Source: a virus (Duplodnaviria > Caudoviricetes). From it: DNA of 25,070 nucleotides. The DNA lies in the IMG/VR virus record IMGVR_UViG_3300048562_000077, positions 1-25,070 of that record. One strand, written 5' to 3'. Below the pieces are notes generated by a model. The model worked only from the letters and a program-made list of their open reading frames with translations. It had not been told where the DNA came from and ran no database searches. A program made the position numbers and the translations under genes. Shown here piece by piece: positions 1 through 8,282 of this stretch (the stretch's first letter is position 1; each line of letters starts with the position of its first letter).

Positions 1-411
1 ATGACCAACAAGAACCAGATCGCTGGACAGGCAGCACACAGCCAGGTCGATCACACTGTCTACAACGCTAACGCGAGTTACCTCGACACCGAGGTCCAGA
101 TAGTGAATGAACCTCTGGCCAATCCTCAGATCGCATACCGAGCAAGCATCGGTCAGCTCCTGCAACTGCGTCAGACGTTGGCTGCCTCATACGAAGCAAC
201 ATACGAAGCAACATACGACATCACAACTGCTCTGTACGGCTCAGTGAAGCCATCCCTGTCCCAGCTGACCACTGCGAACTCGGACCTTAGCGAGGCACTC
301 AACATCCTAATCCTCGTTGTCTTTAATCCGACCGCCCCACTCTCGAAGTCCCATGCAGACCGGCTGGTGAAGGCGCTTTGCTCGTTGATCGACTCGCGCC
401 TACCAAAGTGA
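1..411 (+). CDS. hypothetical protein (136 aa)
   Basis: Open frame from the first base. The upstream RBS is outside the window and I see no recognisable motif. Contains a YEAT-YEAT duplication. Confidence 0.4.
   Translation: MTNKNQIAGQAAHSQVDHTVYNANASYLDTEVQIVNEPLANPQIAYRASIGQLLQLRQTLAASYEATYEATYDITTALYGSVKPSLSQLTTANSDLSEALNILILVVFNPTAPLSKSHADRLVKALCSLIDSRLPK
188..218 (+). repeat. 12-bp tandem repeat CATACGAAGCAA x2.5
   Basis: Copies at 188-199 and 200-211, plus partial CATACGA at 212-218. In frame with ORF 1..411. Confidence 0.85.
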
Positions 412-423
412 GCCTTTGAAAGA

Positions 424-436
424 CCCGCTGTAAATA
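424..436 (+). promoter_or_regulatory. putative late promoter CCCG-CTG-TAAATA upstream of candidate ncRNA
   Basis: CCCGCTGTAAATA is identical to 8283-8295 and is intergenic. Confidence 0.65.
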
Positions 437-440
437 CCGT

Positions 441-618
441 CAGTACGTTGTGTTCCTAGTGATCGTAAAACATCTGCATGAAGCTCTCCTTAAGGAGCGT
501 ACATAACCCAACAACTCCAGAACACAGGAGTTGGGACTGAACTTGGAGAGGGTTTTGTGTTCCCCTTTGCTCTCTCGAACTAAAAGGCCGCTCGTCTAGT
601 CCCGAGCGGCCTTTTTCT
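441..618 (+). ncRNA. candidate structured small RNA (~175 nt)
   Basis: Lies between the TAAATA motif (431-436) and an intrinsic terminator (582-616), with no credible ORF. Hairpins at 486-497, 512-533 and 547-568. Loop GAACACA (520-526) is complementary to loop TGTGTTC (556-562). Confidence 0.55.
582..616. terminator. bidirectional intrinsic terminator
   Basis: AAAA-GGCCGCTCG(586-594)-8 nt loop-CGAGCGGCC(603-611)-TTTTT: a perfect 9-bp GC stem with A and T tracts on either side, between convergent units. Confidence 0.85.
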
Positions 619-985
619 TTGCTCTGGCTTTGTTGAGACGCTCACGACGGGCTTCGTTGGTGATGAGGTGCTGCTCGATCTCTTTCTTCTTCACGGGTAC
701 GCAAGGGTTCTTCCAGAGCCATAGAACCTCGTACCACGCTGGGCGTGGTCTTCCAGCTCTCTTCCACTCTTCACGAGCCTCACGCCACGGCAGAACGAGG
801 TTCGGGTGCTCTGTCTCCCAGACATCCAAGGCCGCACAGAGCGCGTCGTACTTTGCATACGCCTTCTCAATCTCATCGCCGAGCGTTCCATCGCGGATGC
901 ACTCGATGAGGTCTTCAGGCAGGTGGAGGCTTCGCAGGACGTTGCAGTCCTTTTTCCTTCGGTAGTACGTCGCGTCTTTACTCAT
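596..985 (-). CDS. hypothetical basic, Trp-rich protein (129 aa), probably leaderless
   Basis: Protein-like composition. The stop lies in the terminator loop. A - strand TAAATA (997-992) ends 6 nt before the ATG and there is no SD. Confidence 0.65.
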   Translation of the reverse strand: MSKDATYYRRKKDCNVLRSLHLPEDLIECIRDGTLGDEIEKAYAKYDALCAALDVWETEHPNLVLPWREAREEWKRAGRPRPAWYEVLWLWKNPCVPVKKKEIEQHLITNEARRERLNKARAKKKAARD

Positions 986-991
986 GAGGAC

Positions 992-1014
992 TATTTAACG
1001 TCCCGCCCTAAATA
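992..1014. promoter_or_regulatory. back-to-back divergent TAAATA motifs
   Basis: TATTTA at 992-997 (TAAATA on -, facing ORF 985..596) and CCCG-CCC-TAAATA at 1002-1014 (+, facing the small terminase). Confidence 0.65.
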
Positions 1015-1059
1015 ACTCCGTGCCCACCTTGAAGCCATCACGGCCCATCACGGAGCGAT

Positions 1060-1494
1060 ATGACCGACGAGACACTTCCAGTCGCCGTTAGCGACGATGC
1101 CATTGACGCCTCAACAGAAGCCTATCTAAGGGCTGACAACATTCTTGAGTCGATCAACGCGAACTTGCCGGACGGCAAGAAGCTACTTCCTATCCCAAAA
1201 GAGTACGTCTTCAAGAAGCGAGACCGAGAGATTGTCTCCGCTGCGTTTCACGGGGCCTTTGAACTGGCTGGCGGTCTGCCCCGCTTTGTCGCTTGGGCGC
1301 ACCAGAACCCAACACAGTTCTACTCGCTCTACGCGAAGTTGCTCCCGTCTGAGACCCAGTCCGGCGTCAACACCAACATCACCATCGTCTCTGCAATTCC
1401 AGAGATTCCATCAGATCGCACCACCATTGACGAGTGCGGCAAAGCCGCGGTGGCTGAGTTCACTGAAGTCGATGATTTCGACGATCCCGAATGA
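1060..1494 (+). CDS. putative terminase small subunit
   Basis: SD GGAG at 1052-1055 and ATGA overlap with the large terminase. The GGxxxFxxWAxxNPxxFYxLxxKLLP segment is a pattern I associate with small proteins preceding TerL. Confidence 0.7.
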   Translation: MTDETLPVAVSDDAIDASTEAYLRADNILESINANLPDGKKLLPIPKEYVFKKRDREIVSAAFHGAFELAGGLPRFVAWAHQNPTQFYSLYAKLLPSETQSGVNTNITIVSAIPEIPSDRTTIDECGKAAVAEFTEVDDFDDPE

Positions 1495-2915
1495 CGGCCT
1501 TCGTCCACCACTACAAGCCCCGCTCCTACTTCAAGTCCTTTCACTCTAGGACGCAGCGCTTTGCCTGCATCGTAGTTCATCGCCGTGGCGGTAAGACCTA
1601 CGCAGTCATCAACGACATGGTAGTGCGCGGCCTGCGCACGAAGAAGAAGAACTGGCGCGGTGGGTACATCGCGCCCTTCCTCGGTCAGGCAAAGGACGCC
1701 GCCTGGCAGCCGCTGCTAGACGCCGTTGAGGGTATTCCGGGGATCAAGATTTCAAAGAGCGACCTTACGGTCACCTTCCCGAATGGCGCTCGTATCCGCC
1801 TTTACGGTGCCGACAACCAAGAGGCAATCCGTGGTGGCTACCTCGACTACGCCGCCATCGACGAGTACGGCGACATTCACCCTTCAGTGCTGGGCACCAT
1901 CGTTATGCCGATGCTGTCTGGCCGGCGCGGCGTGCTGGTCATCATCGGCACCCCAAAGGGTCAGAACCAGTTCTTTGCCCGCTTTGAGAAGGCACAAGCC
2001 CGTCCAGACACTTGGTATCACGCCTACCTCCCAATCACCAAGACCGGGGAGGAAGCGCTCTCCTATGAGGACCAGCGCGAGGTACGGGAAGAGCTTGAGG
2101 ACCCTGAGTGGAACCAAGAGTTCCTCTGCTCATGGACCGCCGAGTTCCGTGGCTCCTACTACGCCACACAGCTTGAAGCGCTACGCAACAACGTCGTCCC
2201 TGGCCGCATTGGCAAGTTCCCATACATTCCGGGCCATAAGGTCTTTGTGGCGATGGACGTTGGCCGCCGTGACGCCACTGCAATGTGGTACTGGCAGTAC
2301 ATCGCTGGCCGCGTCAACGTTTTTAAGTATTTCGAGAGGACGGGCCTAGACGCCGATGAGGCGTGTGATGTCCTCGACGCTGAGTGTGTCCCGTTTGACA
2401 CGGTGTTCCTGCCACACGACGCCACCCACGAAACGTTCCAGTCCAGAAAGTCAGCTCTCGACACATTCATCAGTCGTGGGCTCCCTGCTCGCAAGGTGCC
2501 GAACCCAGACAAGGGCAACCGCATCTATCACGGCATCGACGCCAGCCGAAAGGTGCTTCGCACATACCCAATCGACTTCGACGAAGTTGGTTGCAAGGGT
2601 GGGCTTGAGGCGCTTGCCAACTACTCACGAAAGTACGACCAGAAGAAGCAGGTCTACTCCGACACTCCGAACCACGACAAGTGGTCGCACGGTGCTGACG
2701 GCTTTCGCTACGCCGCCTGCGCCATCAGTCCTACCGAGATAGCCCGCTCTAAGGAGCGCGCCGAAGCGGTCACTCGCACGGTGCCTGGTCTGCGCGGACC
2801 TCTAAATAACTCGAAGCCGCTTCTGCTCAAGCGCCAGACGCTTGATGAGCAGTTGGCAGAGCACGAACGCAAACAGCGCCAGCTCGACAAGAACAAGTAC
2901 AGGGTCAACTACTAA
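1491..2915 (+). CDS. terL: terminase large subunit
   Basis: Walker A HRRGGKT, Walker B AAIDEY, motif III IGTPKG, nuclease acidic motifs MDVGRRDATA and HDKWSHGADGFRY; 474 aa. Confidence 0.96.
   Translation: MTAFVHHYKPRSYFKSFHSRTQRFACIVVHRRGGKTYAVINDMVVRGLRTKKKNWRGGYIAPFLGQAKDAAWQPLLDAVEGIPGIKISKSDLTVTFPNGARIRLYGADNQEAIRGGYLDYAAIDEYGDIHPSVLGTIVMPMLSGRRGVLVIIGTPKGQNQFFARFEKAQARPDTWYHAYLPITKTGEEALSYEDQREVREELEDPEWNQEFLCSWTAEFRGSYYATQLEALRNNVVPGRIGKFPYIPGHKVFVAMDVGRRDATAMWYWQYIAGRVNVFKYFERTGLDADEACDVLDAECVPFDTVFLPHDATHETFQSRKSALDTFISRGLPARKVPNPDKGNRIYHGIDASRKVLRTYPIDFDEVGCKGGLEALANYSRKYDQKKQVYSDTPNHDKWSHGADGFRYAACAISPTEIARSKERAEAVTRTVPGLRGPLNNSKPLLLKRQTLDEQLAEHERKQRQLDKNKYRVNY
2803..2808 (+). promoter_or_regulatory. 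TAAATA motif inside terL 3' end, upstream of portal
   Basis: CTCTAAATA about 110 nt before the portal start, within the C-terminal extension of TerL beyond the last nuclease motif. Confidence 0.45.
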
Positions 2916-4951
2916 TGGCAACTACACAAGATCAGCTCGCAGCTGACAACAAGATTGACGACAGCTTGACCCAGATGGTTCAGCTGAACGAGCAGCAGAC
3001 GCCTGAAGAACAATCTCGTTGGGTCAAGGAGCTTGAATCCGCGCGTAAGGGTCGAAAGGATTTCGACAACTCTGGTCGCAAGACCATTGAGCGCTACGCC
3101 GCCGAGAAGAGCGACAAGAACACTCACGACTACAACCTATTCTTCGCGAACACCGACATCAAGCTGTCAGCGCTCTATTCGCGCACTCCGCAGCCTGACA
3201 TTCGTCGCCGCAACATGGATGCGAAGGACGACGCTGGTCGTGTTGCCTCCACCCTGCTCCAGCGCACCGTCTCCATGGAGCTGGACATTGACGACTTTGA
3301 TGCCCAGTTCAAGCAAATGCTTTTCGACTGGAAGGTTCCTGGCATCGGTATCGGCTGGGTCCGTCTTGAAGAGACCTACGACACCGTAAGCAACCAGACC
3401 CAGCAGGTGGACCCGGTAACGGGTGCCGTAACCGTCCAAGAGACGAGCGAAGAGCAGCTTGTCGAACAGTCCTCCCCGATCGACTACGTAGCGTGGGTCG
3501 ATTTCCTCTGGGCACCGTGCAAGGTCTGGACCGACTGCCGTTGGATTGCCCGCCGCTGCCCAATGTCCAAGGACGCCATTGAGGCGCGCTTTGGCGATAC
3601 CTGCGATGAGGAAGTTCTCAAGAACCTCTCATACGAGGCTTGCAAGACGGAACAGGACAAGAAGGCCGTCAGCAACGAACTTCAGAACACTACCGACGTA
3701 TTTGAGATTTGGGATAAGGAGACCCGCTCGATCTATTGGATCAGCGAGAGCGCTCCTTACCCGCTCGACGTAAGGGAAGACGACAAGGAGTTTCCTGGCT
3801 TCTACCCGACGCCGCTGCCACCACTAGGCCGCTTCACCACTTCCTCGACCATTCCACGCTCTGACTACCTCCTAGCGCAGGGTCTCTACCAGTCGCTGGA
3901 CCAGCTCCAAGAGAAGGCATGGGGCCTCATTGAGTGCATCAAGGCCATCGGCGGCTATGACAGCTCCATTCCAGAACTCAAGAACATTCTGACGGCTGAT
4001 CCGAACACGATGATCGCCATCAAGGACCTCGCCATCATCAACACCGAGAAGGGTGGCGTCGCCAACGCAATGGCGTTCGTTCCGATTGACCAGTATTCCA
4101 CCGTACTTGCCCAGACGCTTTCGCAGATGGGTGTTGTCAAGCAGCAGATCTTCGAGATCGAAGGTATCGCCGACTTCATGCGCGGTGAGACACAGGCGTA
4201 TGACTCCGCTGCCGCCATCAAGCAGAAGGGACAGTTCGCCCCTAACCGTCTTGGCATGGAGCAGAAGACCGTCGCCAAGTACGTCGAGCGCCTTATTCAG
4301 CTCAAGACGCACATCATTTCGAAGTTCTACAAGCCTGAGATTCTCGTTGACCACGCTGGCGCCATCCCTGAAGCGGACAAGCAGTACCTCGCACAGGCTG
4401 TGCAGCTGTTGCAGTCCAACTTCAAGGCGAACTTCAGCCTGTCCGTTTCGGTTGACTCCATTCAGGACACCTACTGGCGCGTAGAGCAGGAAGAGCGTGC
4501 CAACACCGTTCGCACCGTCAGCGGAATGCTCCAGCAGGCTGGTCCAGCTATGCAGCAGCAGCCACAGATTGCGCCGCTCGTCATTGAGCTTATCCGCTAC
4601 GCCGTTGCCGGCACCAAGGGTGCTGAAGCTATCGAGGGCATCCTCGATTCGACTCTCGATCAGGTGCAGCAGGCCCTCAAGGCCAGCGCTGGTCAGCCGA
4701 AGTCGCCAAGCAAGGAAGAGATCAAGGCACAGATTGCCGAGCAGAAGAACCAGACCGACATGGCCATCTCTACACAGAAGAACCAGACGGACATGGCTAT
4801 CGCTCAGTCTGAGGCGTCGAGCCGCGCCATCAACGACCAGCAAGAGCTTGAGGTGGCAAAGATGAACACCCAAGTGAGCGCCGTAGAGGCGTCAGCCAAG
4901 CTGCTCACCGCAATGCACAAGCAGACGCTTGATCTGTCGAGGGGAAGCTAA
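2915..4951 (+). CDS. portal protein (P22-like, long C-terminal helical barrel)
   Basis: 678 aa, directly after terL with a TAATG overlap. Portal-like segments (GIGWVRLE, VFEIWDK, IFEIEGIADFMRG) and a Gln-rich coiled-coil C-terminus. Confidence 0.9.
   Translation: MATTQDQLAADNKIDDSLTQMVQLNEQQTPEEQSRWVKELESARKGRKDFDNSGRKTIERYAAEKSDKNTHDYNLFFANTDIKLSALYSRTPQPDIRRRNMDAKDDAGRVASTLLQRTVSMELDIDDFDAQFKQMLFDWKVPGIGIGWVRLEETYDTVSNQTQQVDPVTGAVTVQETSEEQLVEQSSPIDYVAWVDFLWAPCKVWTDCRWIARRCPMSKDAIEARFGDTCDEEVLKNLSYEACKTEQDKKAVSNELQNTTDVFEIWDKETRSIYWISESAPYPLDVREDDKEFPGFYPTPLPPLGRFTTSSTIPRSDYLLAQGLYQSLDQLQEKAWGLIECIKAIGGYDSSIPELKNILTADPNTMIAIKDLAIINTEKGGVANAMAFVPIDQYSTVLAQTLSQMGVVKQQIFEIEGIADFMRGETQAYDSAAAIKQKGQFAPNRLGMEQKTVAKYVERLIQLKTHIISKFYKPEILVDHAGAIPEADKQYLAQAVQLLQSNFKANFSLSVSVDSIQDTYWRVEQEERANTVRTVSGMLQQAGPAMQQQPQIAPLVIELIRYAVAGTKGAEAIEGILDSTLDQVQQALKASAGQPKSPSKEEIKAQIAEQKNQTDMAISTQKNQTDMAIAQSEASSRAINDQQELEVAKMNTQVSAVEASAKLLTAMHKQTLDLSRGS
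4742..4801 (+). repeat. 33-bp-period duplication encoding QKNQTDMAI x2
   Basis: Copies at 4742-4768 and 4775-4801 differ only at synonymous sites. 11-residue period in the portal coiled coil. Confidence 0.85.
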
Positions 4952-5304
4952 TGCCTTTCTACCTCGCCGAGTGCCCTAAGTGCAACGCACAGCATGAGTA
5001 CATGTGCAAGATCGCCGACCGCGCCAAGACACCGCGCTGTTGCAAGACAAAGACCGTGCGCGTCATTGAAGCCCCGCAGGTCGCCGCCTACTCAACCCTG
5101 ACTGGCTGGAAGGACGTTCAAGTCAACGGCAAGCACTTCGCCTCAGGCGATTTGGCAAAGAAGTACATCAAGGACAAAGACCTCTGCACTCAGGACGAAG
5201 GCAAGGCCCGCTCCGAGCAGGCCATCCGCAACCGCAAGCAGACGTACAAGAAGGATTTGAGGGCCGACCTTACGAAGGCCGTCAATAAACACTGGCAACA
5301 CTAA
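4951..5304 (+). CDS. FmdB-like CxxC zinc-ribbon protein
   Basis: N-terminus MPFYxxECPKC...TPRCC resembles the MPxYxYxCxxC...CPxC pattern. TAATG-coupled to the portal. Confidence 0.7.
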   Translation: MPFYLAECPKCNAQHEYMCKIADRAKTPRCCKTKTVRVIEAPQVAAYSTLTGWKDVQVNGKHFASGDLAKKYIKDKDLCTQDEGKARSEQAIRNRKQTYKKDLRADLTKAVNKHWQH

Positions 5305-5328
5305 CAACAAGAAGAAGGAATACCCGCC

Positions 5329-6426
5329 ATGTCAGACGAAACAATCGCCACTGGCAACGGAGAGACCCAGACCACTATCGTCGAAGAGACGACTGCTACC
5401 TCTACCGCTGCCCCTGAAACCACCACCACAGCCATTGAAACGGCTGCCAAGGACAACAGCCTCAAGGCCGTTCTTGGCCGCAACTTCGACAAGCTGACAG
5501 CGAAAGCTGGGGATACAACGCAGGCTCCAGCTGCCACCAGCACTGCTGCCCCTGCCGGTGAAATGGACCCAATCACTGGTCGCAAGCTCGACCCAATCAA
5601 GGCCCCACAGAGCGTCCCTCTCGCAATGCGCGAGAAGTGGGCGGCTGTACCACGCGAATTCCAAGAGTTTTGGGCTAAGCGTGAGAACGACATCAACACT
5701 CGCCTTACTCAGACCGCCGAGGACCGCAAGTTTGCTGACCGCTTCAAGACTGTGCTTCAGCCTTACTCCGAGGTGTTCAAGCAGCACGGTGTAGACAGCG
5801 TTCAACACGTACACGGCCTACTTCAGGTGAACCACGCCCTACACGCCGGCACCCCTGAGCAGCGCGCTCAGATCCTCTTCAATCTCGTAAATCAGTTCAT
5901 CGGACAGGACCCTAAGGGTCGCCAGGTCTTCGGTGGTCTGCTGACCGGCAAGGTGCAGCATATCCCTGCCGCGCAGGGTGTCCCAACCGCGCCTGAGAAG
6001 TCTGTTGACCAGCTCGTTGAAGAGCGTATGCAGAGCAAGAGCAGCGAAGCGGAACTCGCGAGCGGCGCCACCGCGCTAGATGCGTTCCTAGCTGATCCAG
6101 CCAACGAGTTCGCGGATGACCAGGAGATTCGAGATTTGATGGGAACGGCCCTTGAGGCTGGACTTGTCAAGGGCGATACCTGGGCGGACGTATGGAAGAA
6201 CGCCTACGCATTCGCCTGTTCTAACCACCAAGGTGTGAAGACCGTTCTAGCGGGTCGTCAGACTCAACAGAGCACCACGGCGGCTGTAACGACCACGACG
6301 ACTCCAACAAAGCCCGTCCAGTCGGTAAAGCCATCCGCAGGCGCTGGTACTCGCACAAACGCCAACATGAAGGGCAAGTCGCTTCGTGAGCAGCTTGAGG
6401 CAGCAATGGATCAGCACGGCAGCTGA
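5329..6426 (+). CDS. putative capsid scaffolding protein
   Basis: Lies between portal and capsid. Thr/Ala-rich disordered ends, helical core, C-terminal SLREQLEAAM helix. SD AAGGA. Confidence 0.75.
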   Translation: MSDETIATGNGETQTTIVEETTATSTAAPETTTTAIETAAKDNSLKAVLGRNFDKLTAKAGDTTQAPAATSTAAPAGEMDPITGRKLDPIKAPQSVPLAMREKWAAVPREFQEFWAKRENDINTRLTQTAEDRKFADRFKTVLQPYSEVFKQHGVDSVQHVHGLLQVNHALHAGTPEQRAQILFNLVNQFIGQDPKGRQVFGGLLTGKVQHIPAAQGVPTAPEKSVDQLVEERMQSKSSEAELASGATALDAFLADPANEFADDQEIRDLMGTALEAGLVKGDTWADVWKNAYAFACSNHQGVKTVLAGRQTQQSTTAAVTTTTTPTKPVQSVKPSAGAGTRTNANMKGKSLREQLEAAMDQHGS

Positions 6427-6438
6427 GCTTTTTGCGAC

Positions 6439-6451
6439 CCCGGTGTAAATA
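6439..6451 (+). promoter_or_regulatory. putative late promoter CCCG-GTG-TAAATA for capsid operon
   Basis: Matches the CCG-N3-TAAATA consensus, just downstream of the scaffold stop. Confidence 0.65.
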
Positions 6452-6456
6452 AAAGC

Positions 6457-6734
6457 AGAAGAACAACACACAGACGCGGCTGATCGATTGGTTTCAGTCA
6501 GCCGCTAACTGTGGGCGTAGATGATCGTGGCCAGCGAGTTCCACCCCAACCATTGCAAGGTTGGTCATTGGAGCTGACAAGCACGGCGATCTACACGCTC
6601 GACCTCAAGTCTTAGAGAAGGCCAGCGAGCCGACACGTTCACTCTGAACGCCAGTCGAGCTGACAAGCACGTTCCCTGAAGGCGTTGACGGTTCCTAACA
6701 CGAAACCGCTTAACGATTCATTGGAGAACTACAA
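6457..6734 (+). ncRNA. structured 5' leader of major capsid gene with tandem RNA motif
   Basis: Stems at 6469-6513, 6514-6600, 6620-6671 and 6678-6720. Duplicated blocks GGCCAGCGAG (6529, 6620) and GAGCTGACAAGCACG (6571, 6657). Confidence 0.7.
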
Positions 6735-7718
6735 ATGACATTCCCAGTTGGGCAAATCATTGCCACCACTTACGAGAGCCGCAACGGCAAGCTCTCAGAC
6801 AACTTGACTGCGCACAACGCGCTGTTCAACCACATTAACAAGTCCGGCAACGTCAAGTCGTTCTCGGGCGGCTCAGTCATCACTGAAGAGCTTGTTTGGG
6901 CTGCAAACGGTAACGCTGGTTCGTACAGCGGTGCTGACGCGCTGACCGTGAACGAAACCGGCGGCATCGACCGCGCTGAGTTCGACATGAAGCAGTACGC
7001 GGCTCCTATCGTCTTCACGGGTCGTGACGAGCTGATGAACGCTGGCAAGGAAAAGGTCATTGACCTTCTCGAAGCCAAGATCGAGCAGGCTGAAACCTCG
7101 CTCTTCAACAAGCTCAACGTTGACGCATACGGCGACGGTACCGGCAACTCAAGCAAGGTCATCACTGGTCTCGCTGCTGCTGTTTCTACCTCACCATCCT
7201 CGGGTACCTACGGTTCTATCGACCGTTCGAACTCGTCATACGCTTTCTGGCGCAACAAGAACTACATCTCTGGTGTGGACTTCACGTCTGGTCAGGCAGC
7301 AACTTCCTCCACCATCATCAACCAGCTCGGTCAGGTTGTTCAGGGCGTTACCTTCGGTAGCAACCGTCCAACCGTAATCATCGCTGGTCTGACTGTCTAC
7401 AACCTGCTTCTCGGTGCGACCACCGCGAACCAGCGCTTCATGGACGGTGGCAAGGCGGACGCTGGCTTCCAGTCGCTTGACTTCCAGGGCATTCCAGTTG
7501 TGTACGACGCTGCTAACGCATCGTTCCTCGCAACTCAGGCATACGCTCTGAACACCAAGTTCCTGCGTCTCCGCGTTCACAAGGACCGTAACTTCGTGAT
7601 GCTGAAGGGCAAGGACCCATCGAACCAGGACCTCACCATCGAGACTCTCGTATGGGCAGGCAACCTGACTTCAAGCGGTCAGCGCTACCAGGCTGTCTAC
7701 AGCTCACTCGCGTCATAA
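6735..7718 (+). CDS. major capsid protein
   Basis: 327 aa after the scaffold, with SD GGAGA and strongly biased codons. IIATTxExRxGKLxDN start and FQSLDFQGIPVVYD P-domain-like segment are consistent with an HK97-fold capsid. Confidence 0.9.
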   Translation: MTFPVGQIIATTYESRNGKLSDNLTAHNALFNHINKSGNVKSFSGGSVITEELVWAANGNAGSYSGADALTVNETGGIDRAEFDMKQYAAPIVFTGRDELMNAGKEKVIDLLEAKIEQAETSLFNKLNVDAYGDGTGNSSKVITGLAAAVSTSPSSGTYGSIDRSNSSYAFWRNKNYISGVDFTSGQAATSSTIINQLGQVVQGVTFGSNRPTVIIAGLTVYNLLLGATTANQRFMDGGKADAGFQSLDFQGIPVVYDAANASFLATQAYALNTKFLRLRVHKDRNFVMLKGKDPSNQDLTIETLVWAGNLTSSGQRYQAVYSSLAS

Positions 7719-7730
7719 GGAGTAAGCACC

Positions 7731-8222
7731 ATGGCACTTGGAATCCTCACATACCCAGGCGCACCTGCACCGGGCACGACCGACACCACCCCAAAGGTGG
7801 CGCTCGGTCTGACCGCTCAGGCCGTCAATGATGCAACCAACCCACAGTCCGCTGTGGAGTTGGTTTACCTGAAGGGTGTTGCATCCACCGCTGTCGGCGA
7901 TGTCGTCACGTACAACCCAGCAACGGGCGTTACAGCCCGTCTTGTTGCAAGTGCTCGTGGCCCAGTTGCCGTAGCTCTAGCGGCCTGCACAGCTGGCTTG
8001 TACAGCTGGTACGCCATCCGTGGTGTCGTGTCGGCGAAGGCTGGCACCGTCGTTTCTGGTACTCCAGCGTTTGCATGTGCAACCACCGCTCAGGTGGACG
8101 ATGCCAACGTTTCGGGTGACAAGATCGACGGCATGACGTTTGCCTCTGCTGACTCGGCTGGTCTCGCCTCAGTGGCGCTGAACTACCCAGTGTTGAACGG
8201 CAACGACGTAAGCGGCGCTTAA
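7731..8222 (+). CDS. putative capsid decoration/cement protein
   Basis: 163 aa, Ala/Gly/Val-rich beta protein. Strong SD AAGGAG; co-transcribed with the capsid gene up to a terminator. Confidence 0.65.
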   Translation: MALGILTYPGAPAPGTTDTTPKVALGLTAQAVNDATNPQSAVELVYLKGVASTAVGDVVTYNPATGVTARLVASARGPVAVALAACTAGLYSWYAIRGVVSAKAGTVVSGTPAFACATTAQVDDANVSGDKIDGMTFASADSAGLASVALNYPVLNGNDVSGA

Positions 8223-8246
8223 CGCGTAGGCATCACATCGAAATGT

Positions 8247-8278
8247 AGGGCTGGCTTCGCAAGAGGTCAGCCCTTTTT
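8247..8278 (+). terminator. intrinsic terminator after capsid/decoration genes
   Basis: AGGGCTGGCTTC-GCAA-GAGGTCAGCCCT-TTTT: 12-bp stem with G-U pairs, GNRA loop and U tract. Confidence 0.9.
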
Positions 8279-8282
8279 GCTG

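Noticed and set aside
478-540. 20-codon ORF MKLSLRSVHNPTTPEHRSWD inside the candidate ncRNA
   Set aside because: No SD, very short, and it runs through strong hairpins. An RNA-level explanation fits better.
494-550. Several GGA motifs suggesting a CsrA/RsmA-sponge sRNA
   Set aside because: The GGA motifs fall in predicted stems rather than loops.
3872-4873. 333-aa antisense ORF, and other long shadow ORFs (13387..14274, 15104..15835, 1726..2349)
   Set aside because: They overlap well-supported genes, have atypical composition and are explained by codon bias in GC-rich DNA.
6529-6671. Repeat-spacer-repeat pattern as a mini CRISPR array, or a tandem glycine riboswitch
   Set aside because: Only two split repeats whose halves pair with each other, no cas genes, and the glycine aptamer consensus (GGAGA...CCGAAG...CUCUCAGG) is absent.
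7700-7735. Programmed frameshift or readthrough fusing capsid to decoration protein
   Set aside because: No slippery heptamer near the stop, the stop is TAA, and the downstream gene has its own strong SD.
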